Source: Lophium mytilinum
Taxonomy: Eukaryota
DNA length: 64,000 nucleotides
Direction: 5' to 3'
Assembly (NCBI GenBank): GCA_010093605.1
Contig: MU004191.1
Span: 790,816 to 854,815, forward strand
Shown: positions 35,201-47,383 of the stretch, in pieces
Layout: every line of letters begins with the position of its first letter
How positions within the stretch are numbered: position 1 is the stretch's first letter
Made by a program: the position numbers and the translations under genes
The notes under the pieces: generated by a model
What the model was told of the DNA's origin: nothing
Databases searched by the model: none
What the model saw: only the letters and a program-made list of their open reading frames with translations

Positions 35201-36724
35201 CTTCTATGTCCATCGCCCGCCTGGCCTCGAAACTGGCAGCACTGGAATTTGTCATCCCTTCAGCGAAGATCCGAAGACGCAGAGGCAGATTCTCTAGGAT
35301 ATGATCGTCGCTGAGGTCGCTGAGGAAAATGGGTCTTAGAACCCTCAGGGTTCTGTCGAATTCGCTTAGCTGCTCCCAAATCCGTGAGACGGCCAGTGTT
35401 AATTCTCCTAGGCGAAAGCGATACTCTGCAGCGCCCATAGCCTGCATCGCCTCAAATTCTGTTGGGAACTCGGCCATGAGGCCCATGGCGAAGTATGTCA
35501 GCTCAATGGGTAGACGGACCGCTGGGTGGAGCAGGCGGGAAAGATCTAGATCGATAATTTCGGGGGGATTGTTCCACTGGTCCTCTTCCTCGTTGTCATC
35601 TTGGCCGCCTCCACCATTCCCAGCTTCCCTATCATCATCAGACGGTCCGTCGCCACCATCGTCTTCATAGGCTCTTTCTTCTTCTCTTTCTTCTTCTTGT
35701 TGTTGGTCTTCATCCCTAACTCCCCTGGATTCATCAGACGGCCCGTCGCCACTATCATCCTCACACCCTGCTGCTTCTTCTTCTTCTTCTTCTTCTTCAC
35801 TTCCAATCACCATAGAACGCGAACCAGAGCTACTGTCCCCATCTCGAAATAGCGCCCTGGGCTCCCTCACATCATATCCCGAGTCCGGGAAGCTATCTCC
35901 CTGCGTCAGCGATCTTATCAGGCCACTCAAGCAGGCAGAAACATCGAATGCGGCACGTACTCCAAAAACCCCAATCCATCGCCTCCAGCCCCCAACGGCG
36001 CATCATCCAAAAACCCAAGCCCATCACCCCCATCTCCCCCCACCAGTCTCCCTCCACCATCCCTCGCAATCGTCTTAGCCAAAGAACCCCGCCTCTCCGC
36101 CCTCCCCCGCGCCGCCTCAAACCGCTGCAAAAACTCCAAATCCACCGCCTGCACCCCCTTTCCACCCCCACCACTCCCCCTCCTCAACAGCGGCGACTCA
36201 GGCTCCTCCACAATCGTCGGCAACCCCAATCCCAACGACCCCGACCGCAGCCACTTCCGCGGCGGCACGGTAGCCAGCCGCTTACTACGCCTGAGCTCCT
36301 TTCCTTCACCCTGCTCTTCCTTCCGCTTCGTGCCCCTGGACTGCGTCTGCGCCGCCCACTCCGCGACCCGCTTCCGCCGTAGGAAGGCGACGTGCTCGCG
36401 GTCTTTCTGCTTGTCGATCAGCACGGCGGTGGCGATGCGGCGGGTGGTGCTGGCGTCTGCGCTTTGGAGACTGGTGGGGGGGATGTCGGGCATGGAGATG
36501 TCGGAGCTCGAGGGGGAGGAGATGTCGCGCAGGCCCTCGCTTTCGCTGGGTCCGTCGCCCATTTCTAGATCTCCGTCTTCGTCTGTGAAGGCAGGGTGGA
36601 GTTTGGTCCCTTTTTCGGCGTAGGGGAGCTCGTCTAAGCTCGCGAGTGTGGATTGGAGGCGGGCGACCCAGTTTTGGGGGCGTTGGGGCGGTGCAGGGCG
36701 CCGGGGAGGCTTGCGGACTGGCAT
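32232..36724 (-). CDS. Large divergent Ser/Thr kinase (NIMA/Nek-like style) with ~900-aa N-terminal extension
   Basis: Spliced model: ILGAGSFGVA, VVLK, FFEYCPYGTLSDLI, IPELYIWHIF, HFDIKPGNV, LGDFGLG, GTEGFMAP|E, ADIFSLG, CLSWKPQDRPS. The first exon joins in frame through intron 35893-35960 (less certain). Confidence 0.8.
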
Positions 36725-37414
36725 CTTGGGACGGAGGTCTTGAGCCAATCTCGCAAAAAGCTCCGAGAGTTAGGTAGATTAATCTGCGTTGATTGTTTCT
36801 CGCTTCGTTGAGGATTGGTTTTGGATATGGTTGGTTCTATTTGATGCGCAGAAAGGCGTATTTAGACTCTTGTGACTTGATTTGAATGAGTTCGTAGTTT
36901 GGGGGTTAGCGATCACGAAAAAGACGAACTGTAGGAAACGTGGTGGGTGGTTCCTTGATTTTGCTTTGTTGGCTGTGTACACAAAGAGCTGCAGCGCAGA
37001 TGGCCGGCTTTGGTAAGGGTTTGCAGAAACGGACTTCTTTGTCCAGAGTCGCGAGCCAGCTTCGGATGCTAAGGAAACTGAGGGTTGGAATGGGAGGTTT
37101 GAAGATTGAGAGTCCAGTACTGATCATGGAGTATTGAGAATAGAGGGAAGAATCATGTGAGAGAGAATTAGATAAGCAGACAATTAGCCACTCGAGAAGC
37201 ATCAAAAACAAGATCATCACATATCAAACCTCGTGAATATGACAGCGACTAGCGAAAACCAAAATGCAACCACACTGACTCGCTATTGTGAAATCTGCTT
37301 GCGCACTTAGTCCCCAAACACCCATATGATGCCCGGGTCTATTCTCTTAGATACCCCAACGCCGTGCCTCGCCATGCTGATATCATCCTTGCCAAACCAA
37401 ATCCAATGGAATCA

Positions 37415-39115
37415 TTACTCCGCTCTCCTTCTCTTCGTGCCATTCGACCTCGCGCTCGCCGATCCACTCGCGGCCGCTGTTTTCCTCGCCTCATCCCCGC
37501 TAGCCTGCGTCTCGTCGTTCATCCAGTCTCGCCCTGCACCTGGGCTCTTCCTTCGGAACTGTCCCGCTCCAACAGCCACCACTTCGTCCTCGGAGTCGCT
37601 GCCCTCGATGTCTAGCAGGACAGGCATTCTGAACTCGCCAGGCTGGAACTCGGCGGTCTTGCGGGGCTCAACGGTCAGCACGTCCACCTCTTCGTCTTCG
37701 AGATCGAGACGCCGCTTGTGAAGTTCCTCGATCGGCTGTATATCGAATTCGTCTTCGCGCTCCGCGTATTCGACGTTCTCCTCCACTTCGACGAAATCTG
37801 GGGCCAGGGCTGACCAGCGCTGGGGTGTGAGTATGGACCAGAGATAAACACGCCCGGAGTCCACGCCCACCGCAGCGACAAAGGGGCGGTGTGGGTGCCA
37901 TTCTACGACAGACAGCTCCTCCTTCGGCCCTTCGAGGATCTTGACCAGACTGCCGTGGCCGCGCTCCCAAACGTAGATGTCGTGGTTCATCCAGGTAGAC
38001 GCGGTGACGTACTCGCCGGTCGAGGAGAAAGAGACGTGGTTCCACGAGAGCCGGTTGACAACGTCTTGGAATTTGTGCTCGACTTCTAGGCGCATGGTGT
38101 CGAAAGAGTGGGAGGGGTCTGCTAGATCAGGGAGGTTAAAGGTACGGATTATGCGGTCAGAGGAGTTGACGACAATGTGGCTGCCTGAGGAAGTAGTCCG
38201 TATATAGATGATGAGATGGCTCGTTACACGAGTTGAATATTGGACCTGGCGCGTCGAGGTGTCTATTATGTTCATCCAGCCCTTGTTGGTCCCCGATATT
38301 ATGTAGTCTCCAGAGGGAGTGAAGACGGTGACGGTGGAGGTTTGTTTAGCGTCTTGTGCTGCTTGTTTCTCGGTCGCATTGTCGCGTTCGATTTGGGGTC
38401 GGAGAGGCGCGGAGGGGAGGGCGAGTTTCTTAGGAATCTCGGAGGAGATGTCTACTAGAAGAGGCTGCTCTTCGAATAGGGCAGCTACAAAGAGCAGGCT
38501 TGAAGGTGTCAGCATTCGAAAAGGCGTACTTCAGTACTCCCTCATATGTTTGTGTACACGGGCCTATGATGAGTTGTAGTAGAGTGACCAAGAAACATAC
38601 TGGTTCTTAGGATGCAGCTCCGCAATGAAGATAGGCGATTCAAGGCGCACAGTTCGCACTCTCGACCCATCCTTCAAGTCCCAGAGCACGCATTTCCAGT
38701 CCTGCGATGCGCTTAAGATATATCGATCGTTGGCAGACCAACTACCATGTGGTGAGCTTTATCTAACTCAATCTCCAAAAGCACCAACCTCAATGACTGG
38801 ACCTGCCGGGTATGGCCTCGTAGTTTGCGCGCCACGCCATTGGTCTCGATGTCGAATATGACGACAATGCCGTCGAGCTGTTTAGATGGTCAGTACTGCG
38901 CCTCGATGTGCAGGGAGGCTGCGGTGTTTCATACCCGGCCAGAAGCGAGGAGGTCGCCGCGATGACTGAACCGAATCGAAGTGGAGTGCCCGCTGCCTGA
39001 TATGAGTCAGTCGCATTCGAAACGCGCGGTGGAGTGGGGCTGTACGCAGTCTGCCAGTGAGGGCCTCGGGGCAGTCTTGGGCGAGGACGAAGGGGTCGAC
39101 GAGGGAGAGGTTCAT
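37415..39115 (-). CDS. SWD1: COMPASS/Set1C WD40 subunit Swd1 (RBBP5 orthologue)
   Basis: MNLSLVDPFVLAQDCPE, HKFQDVVNRLSW, GSLVKILEGPKEEL, QRWSALAPDF.EVEENVEY.EREDEFDI. Confidence 0.95.
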
Positions 39116-39859
39116 GGCGGCGGCGCGCTATAGATCGACTGTGCAGCGTGCTGTGTAGGGGCAACGAGGTTGGAGAAGGGGGCAATCCGAGCGCGTAGTT
39201 ATCATCTTCGGCAGCGCGCGACGGCGGACGCGTCTGGGTGAAGGTGGCCGTGAATTGTGTGGTGTTGCGCTGCCTGCTCCCTTTCGTGACTCTGCCCCAG
39301 CGCCGAATCGAATCGAAGTTTCGGCTTGGCACGCTAGCGCTATTGTGGCCTAGCGGATTCTGCACGAGCCCTCGCGGCGACAAAGAGGAGAGACTGAGCG
39401 AGAAGCCTCATCCTCCTACATCCTCCACCCACCGCCATCACCCCGAACTGCCTCACTTCCATCAGTGAGCGCGTCTCTTCACCATCGCGCCTGTCGAACC
39501 GTCGCTGTTGCCCGACGCAGACACGCGCCCCACGTCGCCGTCACCCGGTCGCTGGCCGCTGCGCGCCCATCAGCCCGTCGCAATACTGATCCTTTGATTT
39601 CCTTTCAGACTCCCGCCACCGTCCTTTGACCGTTCCCGCGCATCCAGCGCCCATTACCACCCCGATACCATCGATCCGCGAAGAATACTCTAGCCACCGC
39701 GACACCGAGACGATCCGCGAACCGTCGCAAAGGCGGAGGTGCTTGTGCCAGAGGCAGGGCTGCCAGGCCGGCTTCAGGTGAAGTCTTTGTCGCTCACCAC
39801 GCGCTCCAGCGCCCACTACAACACCCGATCGCATCAGCTCGACTCCCTGAACCGCAGTC

Positions 39860-42800
39860 ATGGCGCCTCTAGGCACCGCGCTTGCGTCGAAATGCCCGCT
39901 GCGCACCATCAAGGAGATCCAGTTCGGCTTGTACTCGCCGGAGGAGATCAAGGCTGCCTCCGTCGTCCAGATCGAGTACCCGGAGACGATGGTATGCATC
40001 CTTCTACCGCAGGCTCACCCCAGCGTTGATGCTAATCTTGTATAGGATGAGCAAAAGCAGAAGCCTCGCGAACGTGGGCTTAACGATCCCAAGCTCGGCA
40101 GTATTGATCGCATGTATACTTGCCAGACCTGCAAAGAAGACATGACGACCTGTCCTGGCCATTTCGGCCATATCGAACTCGCCATTCCGGTCTTCCATGT
40201 TGGTAAGGAAAACAGCGCCGCCCCGACGAGATTCTCTTACTGACTTCGCCACAGGCTACATCACCAAGATCAAGAAGATCCTGGAGACGGTCTGCCACAA
40301 CTGTGGGCTGATTCTGGCGGATTACGTGAGTCTACCTTTACTGGCAGACTTTGGTGATGCTTTGCCTTGATCATGCTGACTCTGTCTAGAACCATCCCGA
40401 CTGGGCCGCAGCCCTCCGTATCCGCGACAAGAAGCGCCGTTTCGACACTATATGGCGACTGTCAAAGACGAGGACAACTTGCGAAGCCGAACTGGCCGAT
40501 GATGACCAGAAGAAGGGTTCGGTGAAGATACCGCATGGCGGTTGTGGCAACAAGCAGCCCGATACCATCCGAAAGGAGGGGCTCAAGCTGTTTGCGACCT
40601 TCAAGGCGAAGAAAGGCGACGAGGACGACGGAAAGGGCGACGAGAAGAAGCCTCTGACTCCCCAGGATGCGCTCAACATCTTCCGCATTCTTTCCGACAA
40701 CACCCTCCAGCTCCTGGGATTGAATGCCGACTACGCGCGACCTGAATGGATGATCATCAGCGTCCTCCCAGTTCCTCCGCCACCTGTTCGCCCTAGTATC
40801 TCCGTGGATGGCACCGGTCAAGGTATGCGTGGTGAGGATGATCTGACCTACAAGCTCGGCGATATCATCCGCGCCAATGGTCGAGTCCGAGAGTGTATCC
40901 AGGAAGCCTCTCCTCAGCATATCACAGAGGAGTACGAAAACCTGCTCCAATACCACGTCGCCACCTATATGGACAATGACATTGCAGGCGTGCCACAAGC
41001 GCTGCAGAAGTCTGGCCGTCCGCTCAAGACCATCCGAGGCCGATTAAAGGGAAAGGAAGGCCGCCTCCGAGGCAATCTGATGGGAAAGCGCGTTGACTTC
41101 TCGGCCCGTACCGTCATCACCGGTGACCCCAACCTTTCCTTGGACGAAGTCGGTGTGCCTCGATCCATTGCCAGAATTCTGACTTACCCTGAGATCGTGA
41201 CAAAGTTCAACATCAGCTTTCTGACCGGTTTGGTGAAGAACGGTCCCATGGATCATCCTGGAGCAAACTATATCATCAAAGGTGATGGAACACGCATCGA
41301 CTTGAAGCACAACAAGCGCCTAGACGATATTCGACTTCAGTATGGATGGCGGGTCGAGCGCCACATCATAGACGGCGATGTCATCATCTTCAACCGACAG
41401 CCGTCTCTACACAAGGAGTCTATGATGGGTCACAGGGTTAAGGTCATGCCATACTCCACTTTCCGTCTCAATTTGTCCGTTACCTCTCCATACAACGCCG
41501 ATTTCGATGGAGACGAGATGAATTTGCACGTTCCACAGAGCGACGAGACCCGCGCTGAGGTGCAAGGACTTTGCATGGTCCCCTTGAACATTGTCTCGCC
41601 TCAGCGAAATAGCCCGCTCATGGGTATCGTGCAGGATACACTCTGTGGTATCTACAAGATGTGCCGTCGCGACGTGTTCCTCACAAAGGACATGGTCATG
41701 AACATCATGCTGTGGGTTCCAGAGTGGGACGGACTGATCCCTCCCCCTGCGATCATCAAACCCCGACCTAGGTGGACTGGGAAACAAATCTGTAGCTTGA
41801 TCTTCCCAGAAGGACTCAACCTAACACGCCTAGACGCCGGTGACAAGTCCCCTCTTGAAGACGAGGGCTTTCTCATCCACGGAGGTGAACTAATGTTCGG
41901 TCTTCCCAAGAAGGCCATTGTTGGTGCTAGCGCCGGTGGTGTTATTCACATCATCTACAATGAGTATGGCTGGCAAGCAGCTGTCAAATTCTTCAATGCC
42001 ACTCAGCGCATTGTCAATTATTGGCTCCTACACAACGGCTTCAGCATCGGCATTGGCGATACCATCCCTGATGCTGCAACCTCATTGCAAATCCAGGATG
42101 CCATCACAAAGCAGAAGAACGATGTCGAGGCTGTCACGAAGTTGGCTACTGAGAACGAACTGGAAGCCCTACCGGGTATGAACGTTCGCGAGACCTTTGA
42201 GAGCAAGGTCTCCAAGTCGCTGAACTCGGCGCGTGATGACGCTGGTGACAGGACTCAAAAGAGCTTAAAAGACTCGAACAATGCCAAGCAGATGGCCACT
42301 TCCGGTTCCAAGGGCTCTGGTATCAACATTTCGCAAATGACTGCGCTCGTGGGTCAACAGTCCGTCGAGGGCAAGCGCATCCCGTTCGGCTTCAAGTACC
42401 GCTCCTTGCCTCACTTCACCAAAGATGACTACTCTCCTGAAGCTCGTGGTTTCGTTGAGAACTCATACCTGCGAGGATTGACGCCAACAGAGTTCTTCTT
42501 CCACGCCATGGCTGGTCGTGAAGGTCTGATCGACACAGCTGTCAAGACTGCTGAGACTGGCTACATCCAACGTAGGCTAGTCAAGGCTCTCGAAGATGTT
42601 ATGGTCAAGTACGATGGTACAGTTCGTAACTCTCTTGGTGACATTGTCGAGTTCGTCTACGGAGAAGACGGCTTGGACGGTGTGTGCATTGAAAAGCAGA
42701 AGGTCGACATGATCACCTGCTCTACTTCGAAGTTTGAGGAGCGATATCGCGTCGACGTCATGGAGAGCAAATTCCCAATTTCTCCAGATATCCTCGAGCT

Positions 42801-45377
42801 TGCACCCGAAATCGCTGGCGATGTCGATGTGCAGCGACACTTGGACGAGGAATGGGACCAGCTTTGCAAGGACCGGGATTTCTGCCGAGAGGGTATCGAT
42901 GACAACAACGAAGACCTCCAGCTACCGCTTAACATTGTTCGCATAATCGAGACCGCGAAGAACACCTTTAAAATTAAGGAGGGCGCACGAAGCGATCTTC
43001 ATCCCATCGACGTAATCACCAAGGTCAAAGCCTTACTCGACCGATTGGTGGTCGTTCGCGGTAGTGATACTCTCTCTATTCAAGCCCAGGACAGCGCGAC
43101 GAAGCTGTTTAAGTGCCAACTCCGTTCGCGCCTTGCCTTCAAGCGTCTTGTCACTGAGTACTCGCTTAACAAGCTTGCTTTCGAGAGCGTCTTGGGTGAA
43201 ACCGAAGATCGTTTCCTGAAAGCTGCCGTCGCTCCTGGGGAGATGGTCGGAGTCCTAGCCGCACAATCGATCGGTGAGCCGGCTACCCAGATGACCCTCA
43301 ACACCTTCCATTTCGCTGGTGTGTCGTCCAAGAACGTTACTCTTGGTGTTCCGCGTCTCAAGGAAATTCTCAACGTTGCGACCAACATCAAGACTCCATC
43401 CATGACTATCTGCCAAGAAAATTCCGATGCGACGCAGCAACAGGCAAAGGTCCTGCGAAGCCGTATTGAGCACACTACCCTGCGGTCTCTTGCTCACTCG
43501 TGCGAACTCTACTACGACCCCGATATCCAATCGACCGTTGTGGAAGAAGACGAGGACATGGTGGATTCGTACTTCATGATCCCCGAAGACAACACCGACT
43601 ATGATCGCCAATCTAAGTGGCTGCTTCGCATCATTCTTGATCGTAGAAAGCTACTCGACAAGAGTATTTCCATTGCGGAGGTTGCTGCTACGGTCAAGGC
43701 GGACTTTGCTCCAAACATGGCAGTCATCTTCAGCGACGACAATGCCGACAGTCAGGTGCTCCGTGTCCGATTCATTTACGACACAGTCTTCAAGGGCAAC
43801 GAAGATGAAGAGGAGGACCGTGACGAGCGTTGGATGAGGAAGCTTGAAATGCACTTGCTGGACGAAGTCAGTCTTCGCGGCGTGAAAGGAATCGAAAAAG
43901 CTTTCATCAGAACCGACGAGCGCATCTTCATCAAGGAGGATGGCGCGATCATCAAGTCAAGAGATGACACCCGCTGCCAGGAATGGATTCTCGATACCAG
44001 TGGCACAGCGCTTGCCTCGGTTCTCGCAGTTGAAGGCATCGACCCTTACCGAACGTACTCGAACTCTTTTGTGGAAATTCTTGGGGTCTTCGGTATTGAA
44101 GCTACTCGGGCAGCTCTGCTGAAGGAGCTGAAGCAAGTGTTGTCTTTTGACGGTTCCTACGTCAACCATCGTCACTTAGCGCTCTTGGTTGATATCATGA
44201 CTGCGCGTGGCGTCCTCATGGCTATCACTCGTCATGGTATCAATCGTGCGGAGACTGGTGCTCTCATGCGTTGTTCCTTCGAAGAAACGGTCGAAATTTT
44301 ACTCGATGCAGCCGGCAATGGTGAACTCGACGACTGCAGAGGTGTTTCCGAGAACATCATGCTTGGCCAGCTTGCTCCAATGGGTACTGGAGAGTTCGAA
44401 ATGGTCATGGACAACAACATGTTGCTCACTATGATCGAGGACAACTCCCATGTGCGCGGAATCGGCGCTGGTATCAGTGGCTACGCGGATAGTGGTGCCG
44501 CCACTCCATATGACCTTGGTTCCCCAACCTATGAAGGTGGCGGTATGGGTGGTCCTGATTACGGAGCATCCTTCTCGCCAATCTCGCAACCTGGAACGGA
44601 GGACCAGGGTGGCTTCAGTGTATACGGCGGAGGCGGATTCGGAGATGGCAACATGAGTCCTTATGGAGGAAGTCGAAGCCCTGGTTATGCTCCGACGAGT
44701 CCCTTCGGCACAAGCCCAACATCTCCAGGCTACTCTCCCACGTCACCTGGATACTCGCCAACCTCGCCAGGCATCAGCAGCCCTCGCTTTGGAGTCACTT
44801 CTCCAGCGTTTGGTGCTACCAGCCCGCAATACACCCCAACGTCGCCGACGTATTCCCCAACATCGCCAGCCTATGGCGCCAATGGCTCGTCAATATCTCC
44901 CACATCCCCGTCGTACTCGCCAACCTCGCCATCTTACTCCCCGACTTCGCCCTCATACTCTCCGACGTCGCCAAGCTACAGCCCGACGTCACCGGCACAT
45001 CACGTGCGTGGTGGCGCTACCTCGCCACACTACTCGCCAACGTCTCCTGCCTACAGTCCGACGTCCCCGATGTACAGCCCAACCAGTCCTCAATTCGGAG
45101 GTAGAGGAACAGACAGGCGGTCGCCAACCTCGCCTACTTCGCCTAGCTACAGTCCCACGAGCCCGGTGTACAGTCCGACGAGTCCAAACGCGAATGCCGG
45201 CAGTTACTCCCCGACTTCACCGAAGTTCTCTCCCACATCTCCAGGCCCTGCGCCGTACTCTGCTACGTCGCCGAAGTGGTCGCCCACCTCTCCCACCTAT
45301 TCTCCAACGTAAGCATCTCCAGGTCTCCGATCTACGAAGGCATTGCTGACATGACCACCAGATCACCAAAACAGTGA
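39860..45377 (+). CDS. RPB1: DNA-directed RNA polymerase II largest subunit
   Basis: [27 protein letters not shown], catalytic [16 protein letters not shown] and a YSPTSPS CTD. Three 5' introns, and a last intron (45309-45361) before SPKQ*. Confidence 0.99.
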
Positions 45378-45749
45378 TGATTCACCTCCGTACGCCAGGC
45401 GTTCCATGAGAGAGAATCATCCCGTAAGACTCAAATCTTACTCTTTGTATAATCAGTTTTTTGCTCGTTCGTTTTGGCTAATTCTTTTTTGGGTGTGCGC
45501 AAAAGTCATCTTCCGTAACATGAAGGACCGACAATAGCCACCACCAAAAAAACCATACAAATCACTCGGTTCCCCGCGTACCTTTCGCTAGGCCCACGTC
45601 TCAGGCCGGAGTGTTTTTTTCTTTCCAACTGTACCATCATAAATCTTTCTGAATCCAAAGCCAAAACGAGAACGAACAGCCCCCCCGAATTACCCCAAAA
45701 ATTGCTTGCTTGCGTGTTGCTCTTTTCCTTACTATACCTCCAAACTCGA

Positions 45750-46870
45750 TATCAGATCCAAGGAGGCTTTTTTTGCGCTCTCTCTCTCAATGCAAATGTG
45801 CTTTTTTGCTTAGGATCCGGGTTAATTTGTCTGACTTGCACTTCCTTGGCGTTTTTTGAGCTGCGCTTGACGGCTTTGGGGGCGGATTCTGGCGTTGTTT
45901 ATCTTCGAGGCTTTGCATTGGCGGGGCTTAGAGTCTTGATTTGCGCTGCAAGCTGGCGCGCTATGCCCGTAGGCTAAATTGAGTGCGGTGGGGACGGGCT
46001 TTTTCTTTTGGTGATGAGGGGTTGGGGGTGGGTTGGGAGAGGGAAGGGGGGTGAGGGGGGTGAGGGGGTGGCGAGATGTAGCTTGATACACTTGAATGAA
46101 ATGACTGAGTTGTCGATCATTGGTGTTGGCCTGTGTGTGGGTGTGAGTTGTGCTGCTTTGAATGAGCTTTTGCGAGTTGGGTGACACTGTAAGGAGGGGA
46201 CTGGGTGGTAGGGAGGGAGTTGGGCAGGAGGGAGGCTGGTTTCTATATCTGGTTCCTGCAGCTTCGATTTCTGTATTGCTTTCAGCGTTGTCTTGAGTGT
46301 AGATGCAAGTTGTACTGCTAAGGCTGGGCTCTTGCGAACGGGTTGACACTGTGAGGAGGGGACTCCATGGTAGGGAGGTAGGCAGGCAAGAGGTAGCATG
46401 ATTCCTATACCTTCAACTTCTACATTGCGGTTGGCGTTGTCTTTTGAGTGGGAATGAAGATTGTACTCCTGTGACTAAGCTCTTGCGAGCAGAATAATGC
46501 TGTTAGGAGAGGAATAGGTAGGAGGGAGGAAGTTGAGCAAGAGGCAGTCCAATTCCTATGCCTTTGTCTTCTGTAATATATTTGGCGTTGTTTATGAGTG
46601 CGAATGTAAGTTGTATTGCTATAGCTGAGGTCTTGCAAGCGTGATAGCACTGTGAGGAGTAGCCTGGGTGTAAAGGAGGTGGTTGAGCAAAAGGCAGACT
46701 AATTCCTATGGCTTTGGCATGGCCTTAAATTCTATATTAAATCTTGAGAGCTGGAACTCTAATACGTAGACATTCTACTACTATGTCTAAGCTCTTGCAA
46801 GCGGAATAACACTGTAAGGAGGGGACTAGGTGGGAAGGAGGCAGTTGAGCAAAAGGTAATCTAGTTTAGA
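45750..46870 (-). pseudogene. Decayed gene encoding five ~50-aa repeats (~155-bp DNA units); boundaries approximate
   Basis: Five units containing tcttgcRag...cactgtRaggag. The minus frame reads LP.AQLPP...QC.PxRKS and continues past a TAG (45974) and a TAA that would be Gln codons before C>T; at least one frameshift. Confidence 0.6.
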
Positions 46871-47383
46871 TAGCTTTGATTTCTTCATCGAGTTTAGGGA
46901 GCTGCAAAGAGAGCCGAAGATCTAGTACACAGATATTCTACTACTCAGACTGTGGTCTTGCCCGCCCGGTACCACTGGCAGGAGTGGCCTGGCCGGCAGG
47001 TAAGTAGTTGGCAAGAAGAGTGCTGTATGCTTCTTCGTAGAATACAACTGTCTGCCGCTGCTTGTGGTGTCCCAATGCATTTCTCGAAATGGAAACGAGA
47101 CGGAATATTTCATGTTTGGGCTACGTGGAAACCTGTTGAAGCACTTCATACAGTGGTAGACGAGTGTACACACAACCACCAGACCGAATAGCATGCTTGA
47201 TACCTCGGGAGTGTGCCACTTTTTCCCCACTAGCGCGCCAAGATTTCGCTCCAGCATCCCTGCACAATTTTTATCTTCACCTCGATTCCCTGCTTTCCTC
47301 AACCCTCCTATCAGCTAATTTCCTCGACGACCATGAATCTCCCATTATAGCGAACCCGCCAACCACCCCTCCTACATAAACAC

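Noticed and set aside
10030..36724. Starship giant transposon carrying the accessory genes
   Set aside because: No DUF3435 tyrosine-recombinase captain, typical auxiliary genes or boundary direct repeats were seen in the window. It cannot be excluded beyond the left edge.
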